Numbered from the stretch's first letter, positions 26,487 to 40,968 are shown. The stretch is 64,000 nucleotides of DNA from Gnetum montanum (GCA_015680685.1 MNCI01001882.1:62001-126000), one strand, 5' to 3'. Translations and numbers: made by a program. Notes: generated from the sequence alone by a model not told the origin.

Positions 26487-29400
26487 TTAAACTTGGGGAG
26501 AGTCTAGCTCTGTCAAATTTGGGGGTAGATAGGGAAGGCCTTCCTTTAAATGATGGAGGATTTGGTCCTCCATCATGTTGAGCCAATCAATATCCCCAAG
26601 ATCAATGCCAAAAGGAATGCTTGATCTATCTATAGAAGTCCAAGTAGAAGGCTCATAAGTAACAACAACTAGAGTAGTCTCACCTACAATGGTAGTGATA
26701 TGAAGAGTAGGAAATTGCTCCACCTTGAGAGTGCTTTTAAAGAGTTGATAAGCACTCTCTACTTAGATCCCCTAAATGAACAGCTCTCTCTTGTGTTGTT
26801 CAACTAACTCTTCCGCAAGCCATTTTAAGTAGGTCCCATGATCAACCTTATATTAATGTTTGTGGACCTTTTGTGTCTTGCCCCACTCTAATATCCAAGT
26901 GCAGTGATTCTTCCAATCCTCAACCTTTTGTAAGAAGAGGTCCATTTGCATATGTTGCTCCACCATCTTCCATAGGACCTCTACTTTGTCTTGAATAGCA
27001 TGCCAATAGCAGGCCCAAGTGATCTCCTTGGTCTATAACTCTCTTGAGTTGGCCACTTGGGCTTCCACAAAGGCTTTATGGTCTTGGAGATTCCTACCTT
27101 TGAACCTTTTCCCTCAAGGCCACAACTTCCTTCCATAGGGATTTGTTGGACATCTCTAGCTCCCATGAAGCTTTTGCACACAACATTTCTAAATTAATGG
27201 TAGTGTTATAAAGCTTCACAGGTACACTAGAAATGTTAGAGTGAAGTCTAGGCAAGGAGTATGCCTCCATGTCTCTACTGGAATTCCACTCCATTGACCC
27301 CTTAAATAGCCATAATACAAAGAAAGCATACAACTGAATCACATAAAAAAAATCCTTACCTATCTCAGGTGCAACTTGATGTAATTGATCGATGATGTAC
27401 ATAGGCATTCCACATAGGAACTGCACTTTTTCTAGAGTCTCTATGCATGGATTTGCATCAAACTTAGGGATGGAAGCTTGTGCTAGTGGCTTAGGAACTA
27501 CCATAAGCATAATAATCATTGAAAGGGTAGGACAACGAAATATAACCAATAATATATAATAAAAATAGTGAGGAATAAGCGTACCTAGATCCTCCTCCTT
27601 TTTTTCCTCTGGGATGATGATGGGAGAGGTACTTGGTACTGTCTTATCAAACAAGACATTTGAATCATCTATACATGCATTAGCAAGTCCTTCAACCATA
27701 GGTTGCTTTAGGATTGCCTCCTCTACATGCCTTTTTTTTTTCCTTCATAGTAGCTTGGGTTGTAATAACTTAATGCTTGTCTACAACCATAGCACATAGA
27801 AAATGAATTAACACATAAAACCATAAAATAACCATAAAATTTTAAAACATGAAAATATCAAAATTTAAATAAAGCATACCTATTGTGATGGCTTAAGCTT
27901 CTTCAAGGCAAGTTGATCTAATGTTGGGGGTGCCTCCTACATAGTCCTCTTGAGTTTCTCTCTAGCTACCCCTTTAGTCTCCATGTGTTGTTGTTTAGCA
28001 TTGTAGACATTTGTAGGAAATGAGAGGAACTCATCATCATTAGTACTATCGAGAGACTCATACTTCCTAACATCAAGATTCTTAGTGGTGGTGGATAATG
28101 TCTCATCCACCCCCTCTAGTGGGTTCTAAGCTTGCACTGTTGCATAAATATGTTTTATCCAAGGCGTAGAAAGTTGGATTGGGTCTTGGGAAACCCATCA
28201 TCCATTCCTATATACCACCAAAAACGCTACAAACCTCTTTAGATAACTTGCAAACAATGCAGAGTGCCTATGGATTATTGTATAGGTGTTAACACGAAGT
28301 CTAAGAATCTCCTCTCAAAGCCTAGTAGCCCAATCAAATTTGATGCCCTCCATCAAGACCTTCTTAAAGGTCCACCCCTATGCTAGGTTGATTAGCTTCT
28401 TTTGTGATAGTAGTTTGGGGAACATACAAGACCTAAACAAAGGATATGATTCCTTTGCATTAGGATTCATGAAGCTATCCATCAAAATTCTAGAGTGGCC
28501 CATGCACTATCCATCAAAATTCTAGAGTGGCCCATGTTGGCACCAAGCCACTCTAGAACTTCCTCATGATGGCCTAATTCCCTTACTATCCTAGTGGGAG
28601 CCTTGGCCCCATCAGTAGGAATCCCAAATAAGTCATGAAAAAGGCTAGCATCTACATTAATGTTCCCCCTAACACCTTAGATGATGGTGCTAAAGTGACC
28701 AACCTCCTCATCAAAGGAGTCAATAACATACAACATCTTTGCAACCAAAATAGAAGGAATAGGTGCCATAAATACATCAAGCAAACCTACATGCTAGATG
28801 TTTACTTGAACATATCCAAGTGCCTACCCCTTTAGCTACTCGTGCGCTAATGCCACATCACCAAGCTTCAAGATGAGGGTTTCCTTATGATGTGAACATG
28901 AAAGTGGTATAGTGACATCAAATAAGGTGTAAGGTCTTATGAAGTAATAACCAAAGGTTAGTATCCATATGAGAAATTTCAACAACTAAGAAAAACAATA
29001 AAATGCTTAACACCAAAAAACACTAGAAGCTACATGTTCAGCTTTACTTTTTTTCTATGATGTGGAAGTTCCAGCTATAAGGGTCTAATCTATCTTATTG
29101 GCATCTAACCACAAACTATTTAGCCACTGTCAAGATTTGATAAGTAATGATCAATCCCTGATCATTAACATTGTACCTATAAGAAGTTAAATTAATGAAG
29201 TTACTTAAGGTAATTAAGCCAAAACCATAAAAATTTGCAATAACTATGTTTATCCCTATAGACGATACACAGTGCTAGTGGATTTTGGAATAATGTGTGG
29301 GCTCTATGTGCCACCATTAGGGTATTATTAGTATTATTTTGAATATACTTTGGCATCATCCAGATCTCTGAAAGTTAGTGTAAACTGATGACATTTTCAG

Positions 29401-31310
29401 GTCCCCTTGTGATCTTAGGAACTGATTTATCGATAATATACCTAGTAATCAGTCCAAATTTTTTAGGCAACAAGGCCTCCACAACAACCCCAGCTACATC
29501 CACAGACAAGTGTGACCACAACATCACATTGAAGCTCCTATGGAGGTAGGCAAGAAAGTCCCTTGCCACAGGCTAAAACCACAATGAGAGCTACCCAAGA
29601 GGCATGTTGTGTGGTGGAGTATTAGTTTTGGGATGACCAATGTAGCACAAAATGCCAACTAGCTCCACTATAATGAGAATAGGCCGTAAGAAGACTCTAC
29701 ATGAAACAAAACAAAATCATTATGACCAATTAGAATTTCTCAAAAATTTAGACAAAACATCTAGTTGGGGGTGAAATTAGCCTATGTAAAAAGCTCTAAG
29801 GTGTTTATCTAAATTGGCTTAAGAAAATCCATAAAAAGCATCATTATAACCTATTAGAGTTATTTAAAAAATTTAGACAAAACATGTAGTCAGAGGTGAA
29901 ATTAGCCTCTATAAAAATCTCTAAGGTGTTTATCTAAATTAGTCTAAGTAATTTCACAAGAGAAAAATATTACAACCTAGCATATCCTTGCATCATGACC
30001 AATTGAAATTTCTCAACAAATTTAGAAAAAACTTTCTAAGTTAGAGGTGAAATTAGCCTTTGTAAAAAGCTCTTAGGTGTTTATCTAAATTAGCTAGAGA
30101 AATTCCATAAAAGCATTGTTACCATATTTCATAACCTTTATAGCCAAAAAATTATAGCCAAAACTATGTCTTAGTCTAAATTATGCATAAATTTAGAAAA
30201 ACAATGTTAGGAATGCATAAATCTGAAAAAAAGCAAGTATTAGAGAAAAGCATCTAAAATTACACAAAGAATGCATAAATTTTCTCTTATTAAGCCATGA
30301 AGCCATAATAAAAACTTATTTAAATAGAAAATCCTTTTACTCTTATTAAAAAAACAAAATTAAGCATATTAATCACTTCTATTTTGGGTAATGTACTACC
30401 AACGTGAGTTTTTCCTTGATTCACACAACCTTAGCAAAAAAACTCATAAAAAATTTATTTCAAGTCCAATCAAAGTGATTCCACCTTTTTTGGAAAGCTA
30501 AAGCCAAAGCCTATGCAACCATGACGGGAAAATACCAAAAACCTTTTCTATTCTCTTAGAAAATGTTTGTAAATCTACATGAAATTACAAAAGCGGCACA
30601 AACAACCTAACTGTGCAATGTTAGGAAAATAGCAATAACTCTGTCATTTCAAAGACAAATTAAATGAGAAAAAAACCATTGGAAATTTTAAACAAACGGC
30701 TACAAACCCATGACCTTTAAGTTTACAAATTGTAAGGCCTAGATCTTGGCTTTCTTTTTGATAGCAAAACTTCAAAAATCCCAAAGCCTAAATTTCATAT
30801 AGCCATTAAAATGGTCAAAATAGTCAAAACAATTAAAACCCATTTAAATTCACATCACAATAATAGGGTAAGATTTTGTTAAAATTTAATTTTAACAAAT
30901 ATTAAGGCCTAGATCTGAAAGAAAATTACCATACCCCAAGATTTTGAGAAAAAAGCACAAAACAACAAGACTTATTTAAAAAATCTAATATGCAAAAGCT
31001 AAAACAATAAAACAAGTATAGATATACATGGGAGTAGCCAAAATAGGATATGGGATTTTATCAAAATTTCATTTTAATCCCTCCACTAGAATAGATCTGA
31101 AAAATGGCCTCAACATCTAAAAAGAAAAAGAAAAAAAACTAAATCACAAGAAACAAAGGCAAAAAGAGGTAGAATTGCCTACCTTGGAGTAATGACAAAT
31201 GGGGCCTAAATGGAGATAGGCTTGGGAACCTCTGAGAACCCCCTTGAATGTTCATCCACCCTCTAGATTATGGGGTTCTTGCTCTTTCCTCCTCTCTATT
31301 TTCATGCCAT
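26487..31310 (-). pseudogene. Element A antisense multi-exon accessory gene (NIF/FCP1-like + PMD/Transposase_32-like + coiled coil), 3'-truncated
   Basis: Exon 1 31310-31183 (donor GTAGGC, phase 2). Exon 2 29696-~29254 reads RPILIIVELVGIL...WF*PVARDFLAYLHRSFNVMLWSHLS. Later exons contain IDSFDEE..FHDLFGIPTDG and EPSTWTSID..DLGDIDW. Homologous to copies B and C. Confidence 0.8.
29730..30115. repeat. Three tandem copies of a ~120-150-bp unit in intron 1 of antisense gene A
   Basis: AAATTTAGACAAAACAT.TAG..G.GGTGAAATTAGCCT.T.TAAAAA.CTCT.AGGTGTTTATCTAAATT at ~29745, ~29870 and ~30020. Confidence 0.85.
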
Positions 31311-34099
31311 GGCAAGCTCAATGTTGAGAAAGAGAGAAATTAGAAGAAGATGAGAGTTCTATGCTAGTTATAGGGGAGATGGGAGGCTTCCACATTGAAG
31401 ATTAGTTGTGGTTGTGACAAGAATCTTTGTCAGAGCTCTCCTCCAATGCGCTATTGCTAAAAGATAACAATTATGATAAAAATTTGCAAAATTTGATTTA
31501 TAAAACCCATCTAAAACCTAAATGACACCCTAGTTTCTAATTTAGTGCACCATGACTACAACTGCACTTAAGAAAAAGGGGGAAATGTTTAGTTCATGGT
31601 AGTTTTAGGGGGGGAAATAACTTCACTTGTCAAAATTTTAAATTTTTCGATTGTGGGATCCACCTTGCATCTTCCTTTTTAGCCAGAATTTGAATCAACA
31701 CTAATATTTCTTACCAATTTTAACACTTCAAACATTATGAAAACCTTGATTTAACACTTCCATGCTGGGAATGCCATGTCCATGCACATGCATTGTCAAT
31801 TGAAGTTAAAATTGGGATATATTTGAGTTTTATGGTATCTCCATGGTAGGAATTCCACACTCCATGTTGCTCAACATGGAAATTAAGGGGGAAACCCATT
31901 TCAAATCCATAGCTACATTAGAAAAACATTAACCAAGTTTGTATGCACTCTAGGACCTTGCTAGCATCATTTTGAGCTTTCAAACTTTAAGAAGCTAATG
32001 TCATAAGGTCAAAACTCCATTCCCCCTTTTATTTCATGCTAAGCTCTACATCTCTAGTGTGAAAAGAAGGGTGAAAGTCCAAAAAACACTTAGAAACACT
32101 GAAAGTTTCCAAAACTTGATGCCAAACCCTAGTCCTCAACCCTGATGGCACCAAAAACTGACATGCATAGTTGATTGAGGTTAAAATTGGCCTAGATCTA
32201 AGTTGCATGGTTCTTCCATGCTAAGGATCCCTTTTTCCATGGTGAGGGTAGTATCCCTAGCATGGAAAATAAAAAGGGAAATATGTTTGAAGCTCCTAAA
32301 CACTTTAAGATAACATCAAATAACCTTTCATGCGCTCTAGAACCCTAGTAGCAACTCTCGGAGCCCTTAAACTTCATGAAACTGATCCTGGACTATTAGA
32401 ATTTCATTTCCTCTTATTTTATACATTGAGCTTTCCATCCCCAATGTCGATGAAAAGGGTAAAGCCAAAAAACCTCTTAGTAATGTCCAAAACTATCCAA
32501 ATTTAACATGGATCCATAGCCCTTAACCTTGGCAATTCCAGCAGGTAACATGCATGGCCGATTGTAATCCAAATTGGCCAAGATCTAAGATTATTATTTC
32601 CTCCACATTGGAGTAACTTTTTTCCAATGTGGAAGGAAAAGGGAAAGTTTCTTTTCCACTTTTTGAAAGTAGATGACACTTGCAGAAGTTAAAGATCTTT
32701 GCCAAAGAAACCTAGGACCTCATAGCCTCAATATTTCACTTGTTTGACCTCATTTCAATCCCAAAACCTATTCCCCCTATTCGTCCATGCTGGAGTAACT
32801 CTCCTAGTGTGCAAATATGGAGGGCGATGGGGAAGACCTTAACTAACCTTAAAAATCCTTCAAGCATGCCCAAAATCAGCCAAAAACTTGTAGAATCAAA
32901 GTTTGTAGCCTCAAGGACCTAGAAACTTGGTCAAAGTGCCTCAAAATCACTTTGAATCCATCAAATATGGTGTTCCCATATTTGTTCACACTAAGGATAC
33001 AATTCCCAACGTGGAAAAATGGGGGGAAGTTATTTCAACACCTATTGACCCTCAAAATGGTCTCAAATTGCCTTAGAACAAAGCCAAGAGATGCACAAGT
33101 TCCAAATTTGGACTCCAACCACATGTTTGACTATGGTTAACCTCATTTTTACTTGGATTTTGGTTCCCCATGTTGGAGCCCCACTTTTCCATGCTAGCTA
33201 GCATGGAAACAAGGGGGGAAGACTTCAGAACCTGCTTTTTGACCCTTATAGACCTCCAGGAAGCCCAATTTTGATGGATCTAACCTTATGCTACTGTGGG
33301 AAGATCTTGGGACCTTAATTTTGGACCTTTGAGTAGCACAAAACCTATTTTCCATAGTTTTCATACTAAGGGCCCCTATTTCCATGCAAAGTCTAGCATG
33401 GAAGCCTCAAAACCCTAGATTTTTGAGTTTAAACATCCTAAAAATAAGCCTGATTGATGCTTAAACTCACCTAACAGCCTTGTAGCCTCCAAAAATGGCT
33501 TTCCAAGGCCTAAAATTGGCAAAAAATAATCATTTTTAGCCTATATTAACCAAATTTTATTATATGTAGCCTATTTTGCTTGATTTTTTATGTAATTTTT
33601 TGACTTGTTTTTGGACTTATGTTGTCTAGATTACCTTGTTGACCTTATATGGCCTCTATACATCATTATATGTTCTTTTTTTCCCTATTACATCTCTATT
33701 TATGTTTATTTGGCCTTAAATCATATCAAATAGTGAGGTTTTACCTTCTTTGACCACTATTTGACACCATATGACCATGGCCTGCTAAGGCCTTAAACTA
33801 GCATCATAGTTCACCAAGAATTTAAAATGGCATCATAACCAACTAAGGCCTTAAACTAGCAAAATTGTGACATTTATTAATCATTTGTGGCCTTACTCCT
33901 TATTCTTTCCCTTTTTTGACCTTTATGTGACCTTTATTTTCCCCTATTGCATTTTTCCAAATTGACCTTATTTAATTGATGATCTTGGATGGCCTTGCTT
34001 GCATTAGATTTGCATGTGTTTATGACATTTTAATATTATTTATTGAATTTTACCTAGGTGCTACTTAATATACTTTTTGTTGATATGCAGGATCAGAAT

Positions 34100-37000
34100 A
34101 TGACTACCTAGGAGCAAATCAGTTTGCCTTTGTGTCTACATGGACATCGCATTGATATTAAATAGTGTATTAACCTTGATTGCCTAGATCTTGAGCTTGA
34201 GAGTCTTGTAAACCACATAGCCTTAATAGAGAAACCTCTTGAATGGCTTGGAAACCTAGTCAAAACCCTTGACTTAGAAGTAGCAGACATAACCAAAGAT
34301 CCTCTAGTTGAAATTCCTACCACAACATACCATGGTGAGGAAAAAACCCTTAAACTAAGTTCCTTGTTAAAGCCTCAATGTGTCTAAGACATTACTAAAG
34401 TCTTACAAAATAACAGTAAGGCATTTTCCTAGTCATATGAAGATATTTTAGGCCTAGATCCATGTCTAGTTCATCATAACATCATACTAGACCTTCGCAT
34501 TAGACCAGTTAGAAAAAAAGTATGTAAGATTAGACTTGATTTGGCCTTGGTAGTTTGCGATAAAATCTCAAAGTTCTACCAAGCAAGTTTCATTAGGGCT
34601 ATTGATTATGCAAAATGGAGATCCAACATGTGGTAGTCCCTAAGAAAAATGGGATTATCCATATTTGCATCAATTTTTGAGACCTAAATAAAGCAACTAT
34701 CAAGGATGACTTCCCTTTGCCTAGTATTGATCAACTTATCGATACTACAACTGGACATGCCTTGTTGTTCTTTATGGATGGATTCTTAGGACATAACCAA
34801 ATTAGGATCAACCCAAAGAAACAACTTAGCCCAACCTTTATGAACCTATGAGGTAATTTTTGTTATACCATGATGCCCTTTGGCCTTAAAAATACCAAAG
34901 AAACATACCAGGAAGCCATGACCTATATCTTCAATGATTACATGTTAGATTTGCTTAATGATTATGTAGAAGACATAGCTGTGAAGTCTAAGATAGTTGA
35001 TGACCATGCTAATGACCTAGATATTATGCTTAAATAATGCCTCAAATATGAGCTTAGGCTTAATCCTAAGAAGTATGTCTTCAGTGTCAATACCAATAAG
35101 ATGCTTGGCTTTTGTAGTCTCTGAGGTAGGGATACATATAGATCCTTCTAAGGTTAAGGTCATATCCAAATGTTTAGCACCTACCAACCTTAAGGAGCTC
35201 TGGGGATTACAAGGTAGATTATAGTTTATTTGTAGGTTTATTGCTAGGCTTACAGATAAGTTATAGCCCATGCAACGTTTACTTAAGAAAGAAGTTTACT
35301 ATGAGTGGATATATCAATGCCAAGAGGCCTTTGAAAACCTTAAGCAAGAGTTGATACAACTACCAATATTCTATCCCCCACAAGAGGGTAAACCATTTTA
35401 CATTTATCTCACCATCTCTCATACATCCATTTCCTTTCTAGTTTTTCAGAAACATGATGATGAGGTAGAAATGCCTATATACTACCTTAGCCATGCATTA
35501 GTTGTCCATGAAACCCAATACACTGAAGTGGAGAAGTATTGTCTAGCACTAGTCTTCTCTCTAAAGAAATGGAGACACTACCTCTTTAGAAGACAAGTCA
35601 ACATAATTTGCAAGGACAACCTACTTAGATTCATAATGACCAACATCTACAAAAGTAGCCACAAAGCCCAATGGAAAGCCATAATTTAAGAATTCAACCT
35701 TCATTATGTTTCTCAATCCTCAACAAAAGGTTAGGCTATAGTCATACAACTCATAATTTCACCTATTGATGACCAAGTGGTCATAGACCCTGAATTTCCT
35801 AATGAACACATTAACATAGTTAGCCAAGTGTATAAGGGTTATGAGGTATTCATGAAGTTTGACCAAGTTTCAACAACCCATGGGGCTAGTGCTGCTGCCA
35901 TCATAACATTCCTGTTTAGTGAGATCCAACCCTTTTCTTATCATTTTGGGTTCTCATGTACCAAAAACATAGAAAAATATGAAGGTTTAATCAAAGGGAT
36001 GATGGTAGTTCATAACCTAGGAATTAGATGCCTAGCCATCAAAGGAAATTTACAACTCGTGGTTAACTAAGTAACTAAAGTCTATGCATGCAAAGCTAAG
36101 CATTTACAACCTTACTATGACCTAGTGAAGTAATTATCACAACAATTCATAGACATTGATATCCAACACATATGATAAAATGAAAATTTCATAGATGATG
36201 CAATTGCAACACTAGCCCTTAGTGTGATTGTAGTTGTGTTTAGTAAGTTACCTGTCTTAACTGTGGACCACACTACTCCCATCACACAGAACATTGAGGA
36301 TACCTTTGTGGTTTTTTTTCATACTGCTCCTCCCAAGGAGTGGTATGATAATATGAAATATTACCTTATGCATGGTGAATCCTCACTAGGCTTGACTACT
36401 TCTCAGAAGGATGCTATATTCAAGTGATCGAAGTCGTATGTCATCATAGGTGATAACACATTATGTTGACGATCCTATGATGGCATACTCCTAAAGTTCT
36501 TGTGTAAAACCAAAGCTAGAATAGTCCTAGAGGAGGTTCATGAAAGCGTTTGTGAAGGACATATAGGACCTAGAGCCATGGTCACTAAGATTAGGTAGTT
36601 AGGTTACTATTGGCCTCATATGGAAAATGATTGCCTACAAAAGGTTAAGTGATGTGACACAAGGAAATGATATAGCAACTTGATACATCCATCACCAACT
36701 AAGTTACATATGACCTAGATAACATGGCCATTTCAATGATGGAGGTTGTATATCATTGGACCTATAATGCCTAAGTCTACCACATGTCATAGCTTCATCA
36801 TTACCATAACCAAATACTTCACCAAGTGGATTGAGGCTATTCCTCTAAGGAAGATCATGTCTGAACAAGTTTGTAAATTTATCCTAGATAACATTGTAGC
36901 TTTTTTTGATGTACCCATGACCATAGTTATGGACAAAGGACCTCAATTTAGTAGCCAAGAATCAAAGGATTTTTGTCATGACCTAGGCATTAAGCATTCT

Positions 37001-37428
37001 TTCTCATCACCTTACTAACCTCAAGCCAATGACAAGTAGAAGCAAGCAACAAGGTCATCATCAACTTGCTCAAGAAGATGCTCAACAACAGTAAGAAAAA
37101 GTTGCATGAGTGGCTTGTTTGTGCACTATGGGCATACATAACAACCTATCACATGGCAACTGGCATGATCCCTTATAGCCTTATTTATGGTTCTAAAGCT
37201 ATTTTACCTCTTGAATTGTAGGTGCCCTCACTTCAAGTAGCTTTGATGGATTTCATTAATAATGAGCAAAGCAAGGAGTTGTGGATAACAACATTGGATT
37301 TGGTGGAGAAGTAGCATATGCAGGTGCTTGCTCATAGTGAGCACTATTAAGAGATGCAAAAGTGAAAACATCACCATAACTTGACCATGCACAAGATCAA
37401 GGAGGGGGGCCTAGTTCTCAAGGCCATC
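34100..37428 (+). pseudogene. Element A pol: RT - RNase H - archaeal-type RNase H (aRH) - integrase, Tat clade Ty3/gypsy, disrupted
   Basis: RT: SYEDILGLDP, KDDFPLP, FMDGFLGHNQI, MPFGLKN, DYVEDI. RH: PIYYLS..YTEVEKYCLALV. aRH: FD..CTKNIEKYEGLI.G...IKGNLQLVVN. INT: H..CEGH..YYWP..C..C, FTKWIEAIP, DKGPQF. Cut after EGGLVLKAI by an insertion. Confidence 0.95.
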
Positions 37429-38868
37429 TGTAAGTACATTGACAAAGTAATACATAGTTTAAACTTATATGAAAATCTTCTTAAATAGAAACAAACCTTT
37501 CTTTATATAGTAATCTAGAAATTGTTAGATAGTAATATATAGAATAGAATCCTAGAGGACCAGAGAAAAACAATAAAGTATTAGCCTAGTGGTAAGACTC
37601 TTGATTTGAAATCATTAAGTTATGAGTTTAATTCTAATGAGTAATGATAAGTAATAAACTTCTACTTAAAGTTCTACCAAAGTTTCATATATGAGTATAT
37701 GTTCTAGGGGTGTATATAGTGTCTCAAGAAGTATTAAAATCCAAAACCTTTTCTTAAATAATATTTATGATGAGGACATCACTCTACCTTCTTGATGTAT
37801 TTCATAGCCCTAGTATATTCTATGAGTTATTAAGAGTCTATTTTGTTTAATTCACATGATTTGGATATGTTTTATGGATTTTTCCAAGTTTTGATAGGTA
37901 GGTATAAGCTATTGCAAGTCACAAACAACCATACCTAATTATCACCTAAATTATAAGTCCTAATCCATTCAACTAGAAACAAATAAAGGAAAAAAAATAA
38001 ATTTTTTTGGGGTTAAAATCATTGTGCAAGATCATGGAGGACATAGGAGGCCATAACAACTCATTATAGTTTTATTTGAGTAGTGCCAACTTGCAACCAC
38101 TTTAACAATGTTTTTGGATTTTACTCCAAACAATAGTTTGAGTCATTAAGGGTCGTAATCAATCATAGCTTAGAAAATTGGAAATAGATGCAAGTCATAG
38201 CTAGTGTTAGCTATTCGCAATCTAATGAAAATTTTTAAAATGAAGCATCATGAATAGGAAGTATAATGCTTGGGAAACCAATATAAATATGAAATAAGGG
38301 CTAAATATCAATGCTATTTTTTGAGTCTTAAGCTCTAAGCATTGTATGAGTGTTTTGGGCTCTTCTTGAGCAATTAAGAGAGTGAACAATAGTAATCTTC
38401 TATGGTGAGTTCGTGTGATGTAAAGATTTTTGAGGTACTTGTCTATCCTTGGGATGTTTGTTTTCATTTTCATTTGTAATTTAATTTACTTTAAGTAAGA
38501 ATAAAGATATTTTTTCTTTCTTGTCTAATTATAAATTTTTTTTGAAGTTGTTGAGTTTTCATTTCTTGAGAGAGCTTGAATTATGGAATCCAAGGAAACT
38601 TCTTGTCACCTAAATATTAGACAGTAAGAATTGAAGACAAGTTAACTCAAGCAAAAAAAAATTTCATTATTATAACATAAGGATTCACTCTTCTCCATTG
38701 TATTCGGTATATAAAGCCATTTCTTTATTCAATTAGGGTTTTTTTAAACTCCTTTTGGTTTATTAATTGTATTGGGTATTGAAATTTATTTTTGTTTGAG
38801 ATACTCATTAGTTTTGATTAGCTAGAGTTTCTTTTAATTAGGTGTAACTCAACTAGGATTTTGATACA
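37429..38868 (+). mobile_element. Probable LTR of an old gypsy element inserted in the integrase C-terminus of element A
   Basis: TGTAAG begins exactly where integrase homology stops. TATATAAA at ~38708, ends ...GATACA, and a gag relic follows. Confidence 0.45.
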
Positions 38869-38944
38869 CTTTATTGGGTATTGTTAGATACTCCAAATTT
38901 GTTTGCAGATATTTATGTATTTTTTTTTAAATCATTTTGATCAT

Positions 38945-39587
38945 TACCAAATAATAAGATAGTCCATGCTTTGGCTAAGAACATAGAGGAAATTAAGAAT
39001 TCCTTTAAGTATATTATGCATAAACTTGAAAATCTAGAACAAAAGAAATATTAGCATCCATCGCTAATGGCATATAGGTAAGATTTCATTTCAAGAATTT
39101 CTTCACTACGAGCTTCTTTAGTAAGGCATTCATCCATGTTATATCTTAAAGATGATTTTCCTTTTGAGGATAAAGAATTTGAAGAGAATGAAAAAAGATA
39201 GGATATTCCTCATGCTGAAATAATTGCATCACGATCTTAAGGATTTAAAATTCTAAGAGAAAGAAATCATGGACCTACTTTGAGATTTGAAAATAATTTA
39301 AGTAAAGAGATTAAGATTACTTATACAAAGGAATTTAGATAGGTTACTAGATTGCCTCATATGAAAGCTAATATGTTTAATAGAATGGAAATAATTGAAT
39401 ATTTTCTCTCAAGGATGAAGGTGTCGAACAAGTACTTTGAACTGGAAGATGTTGAAGATCATTAAAACGTATCATTTGTTGAAATAAAAATTAGGGTGTA
39501 TGACATAATTTTTTTGAAAAAATGAGATTCATTATTATCTAGTAAGAAATGGTACTCTTATTAAGAAATAATAATTGATATAACTCA
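38945..39587 (+). pseudogene. Highly decayed gypsy gag N-terminus
   Basis: MKANMFNRMEIIEYFLSRMKVSNKYFELEDVEDH*NVSFVEIKI resembles the gag 'P.F.G...W...ME.YF....KV.FA..KL' pattern. It is cut at 39587 by LTR B. Confidence 0.45.
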
Positions 39588-40940
39588 TGTTGAAGCAAAT
39601 ATTTAAAACGATTCAGCATCAGTAATGAAACACCACAAAATTTTGAGCTTAGTACTCCTCCGACAAGAATCAAGCTAAGTCATGATGCTCCCCACCATGA
39701 CTGAAGCTTCAAGGCCTCATAAGCAGCTTCAAACAGAGTTGAACCGAGCAAGAAATGGTTCCCAAGACCCACATAAGACTATGGAAACATCTAGAATTAA
39801 ACCTGCCATTTTTAGCTCAAAATACTTGGTTTTATTGAGTATGCAGCATATGCGCCCAGCGTGCACGCCCAGCATGCAACTTTAAAGATTACCCAAAACA
39901 GGCACTCCAGAGCAAGATTGTCACAAGGTGTCAACTCTTAGAGATAGAGCAATTGTCACATGCCGAGCATGTACATCTTGTACGCCCACCATGTATGCCC
40001 AGTGTGTACGCCTGGCATGCACCATCTAGCATGCAGCACAACATACATCCATAGAAGACATCAGCAGAACCATGTCAGATTAAGTCCAAGAATATCCACA
40101 AGTAACACTCTCGTGATGCCCGAGCGCAACTCTGAGGGCTGAATTGAATACTTCCTATTGTAATAGTAGTTTTTAAAAAAGAATTCTTTTGTTTTAGTCA
40201 AGTCTGTACGCTGAATTCACATGCCAGCGTGTACACACTGGCGTGCAGCAGTACATGTTGGCATGCAGCACGCTGCACACTTGTAAAGTTTCATTCTTTG
40301 CACCCAGGCAACATAGCCATTTGTCACATGATCCGAAATTCCAGCATCCCACCTCAGATCCAAATTTAATGCCCAAACTTGTATAAAAATCTAGATTTTT
40401 GACCAGATCAGGGTTCAAAAATCAGAGGAAATCTTGGCAAGAATCTGGGCAATCCACACTGAGAACATTCATGACATCTACCCTATACGTTGGACTTGGA
40501 CCCTACACACTAAGCATACAGCCTCTACACTGTGCCTACAATCTGAACCAACATGCTATCACATCCCTACATTCACTGGGGCTCTTCGTCTGCCTTGTGT
40601 CAGATCCACAACTGCGTCTAGACCGGTGCATTGTAATTTTTATTATCCAATAGTATTGGTGCATTTTCAGACAAAATTTGTCACAGTTTTTGTTCACTTT
40701 TTTTATCTCTCGCTTACATTTATGCGCACTGATTTACATTTTTCATAACGTTTATGTATAACCTGGCATATTGCGCATCGGCATATGTTTGGGGAAATCC
40801 TTATCTGATCCACGTGAAAACCACCCAAGGTACTCTACCTTTGTTAGCTCTAGCTCACCCTTAAGTGAAGGTAGAGTCTTCTATGTCTATCTGTAAATCT
40901 CTCGGCATATACTTCATTCCAGCCACTGAAGATTTCAAAT
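39588..40940 (+). mobile_element. 5' LTR of element B
   Basis: Starts TGTTGAAG at an abrupt compositional change and ends just before a clear PBS. The exact 3' end is uncertain. Confidence 0.75.
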
Positions 40941-40951
40941 AGTATAGAAAT

Positions 40952-40968
40952 TGGTGCTAGAAGGAGGG
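40952..40968 (+). promoter_or_regulatory. Primer-binding site complementary to plant tRNA-Asn
   Basis: TGGTGCTAGAAGGAGGG matches TGGCGCTAGAAGGAGGG (reverse complement of the tRNA-Asn 3' end) at 16/17, a PBS type seen in Tat/Retand elements. Confidence 0.85.

Noticed and set aside
28476-28537. Exact ~30-bp tandem duplication (also a 21-bp one at ~877-918)
   Set aside because: Ordinary post-insertion slippage or repair duplications. The one at 28476 simply frameshifts the decayed gene.
23601-37428. A single element with minus-strand gag-PR and plus-strand pol
   Set aside because: That gag-PR is Athila-like, whereas pol A is closely similar to pol C, whose cognate gag-PR is Tat-type and on the plus strand. 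Two fused elements is the simpler explanation.
37578-37642. Functional tRNA gene
   Set aside because: No intact acceptor or T stems and the B box is degenerate.
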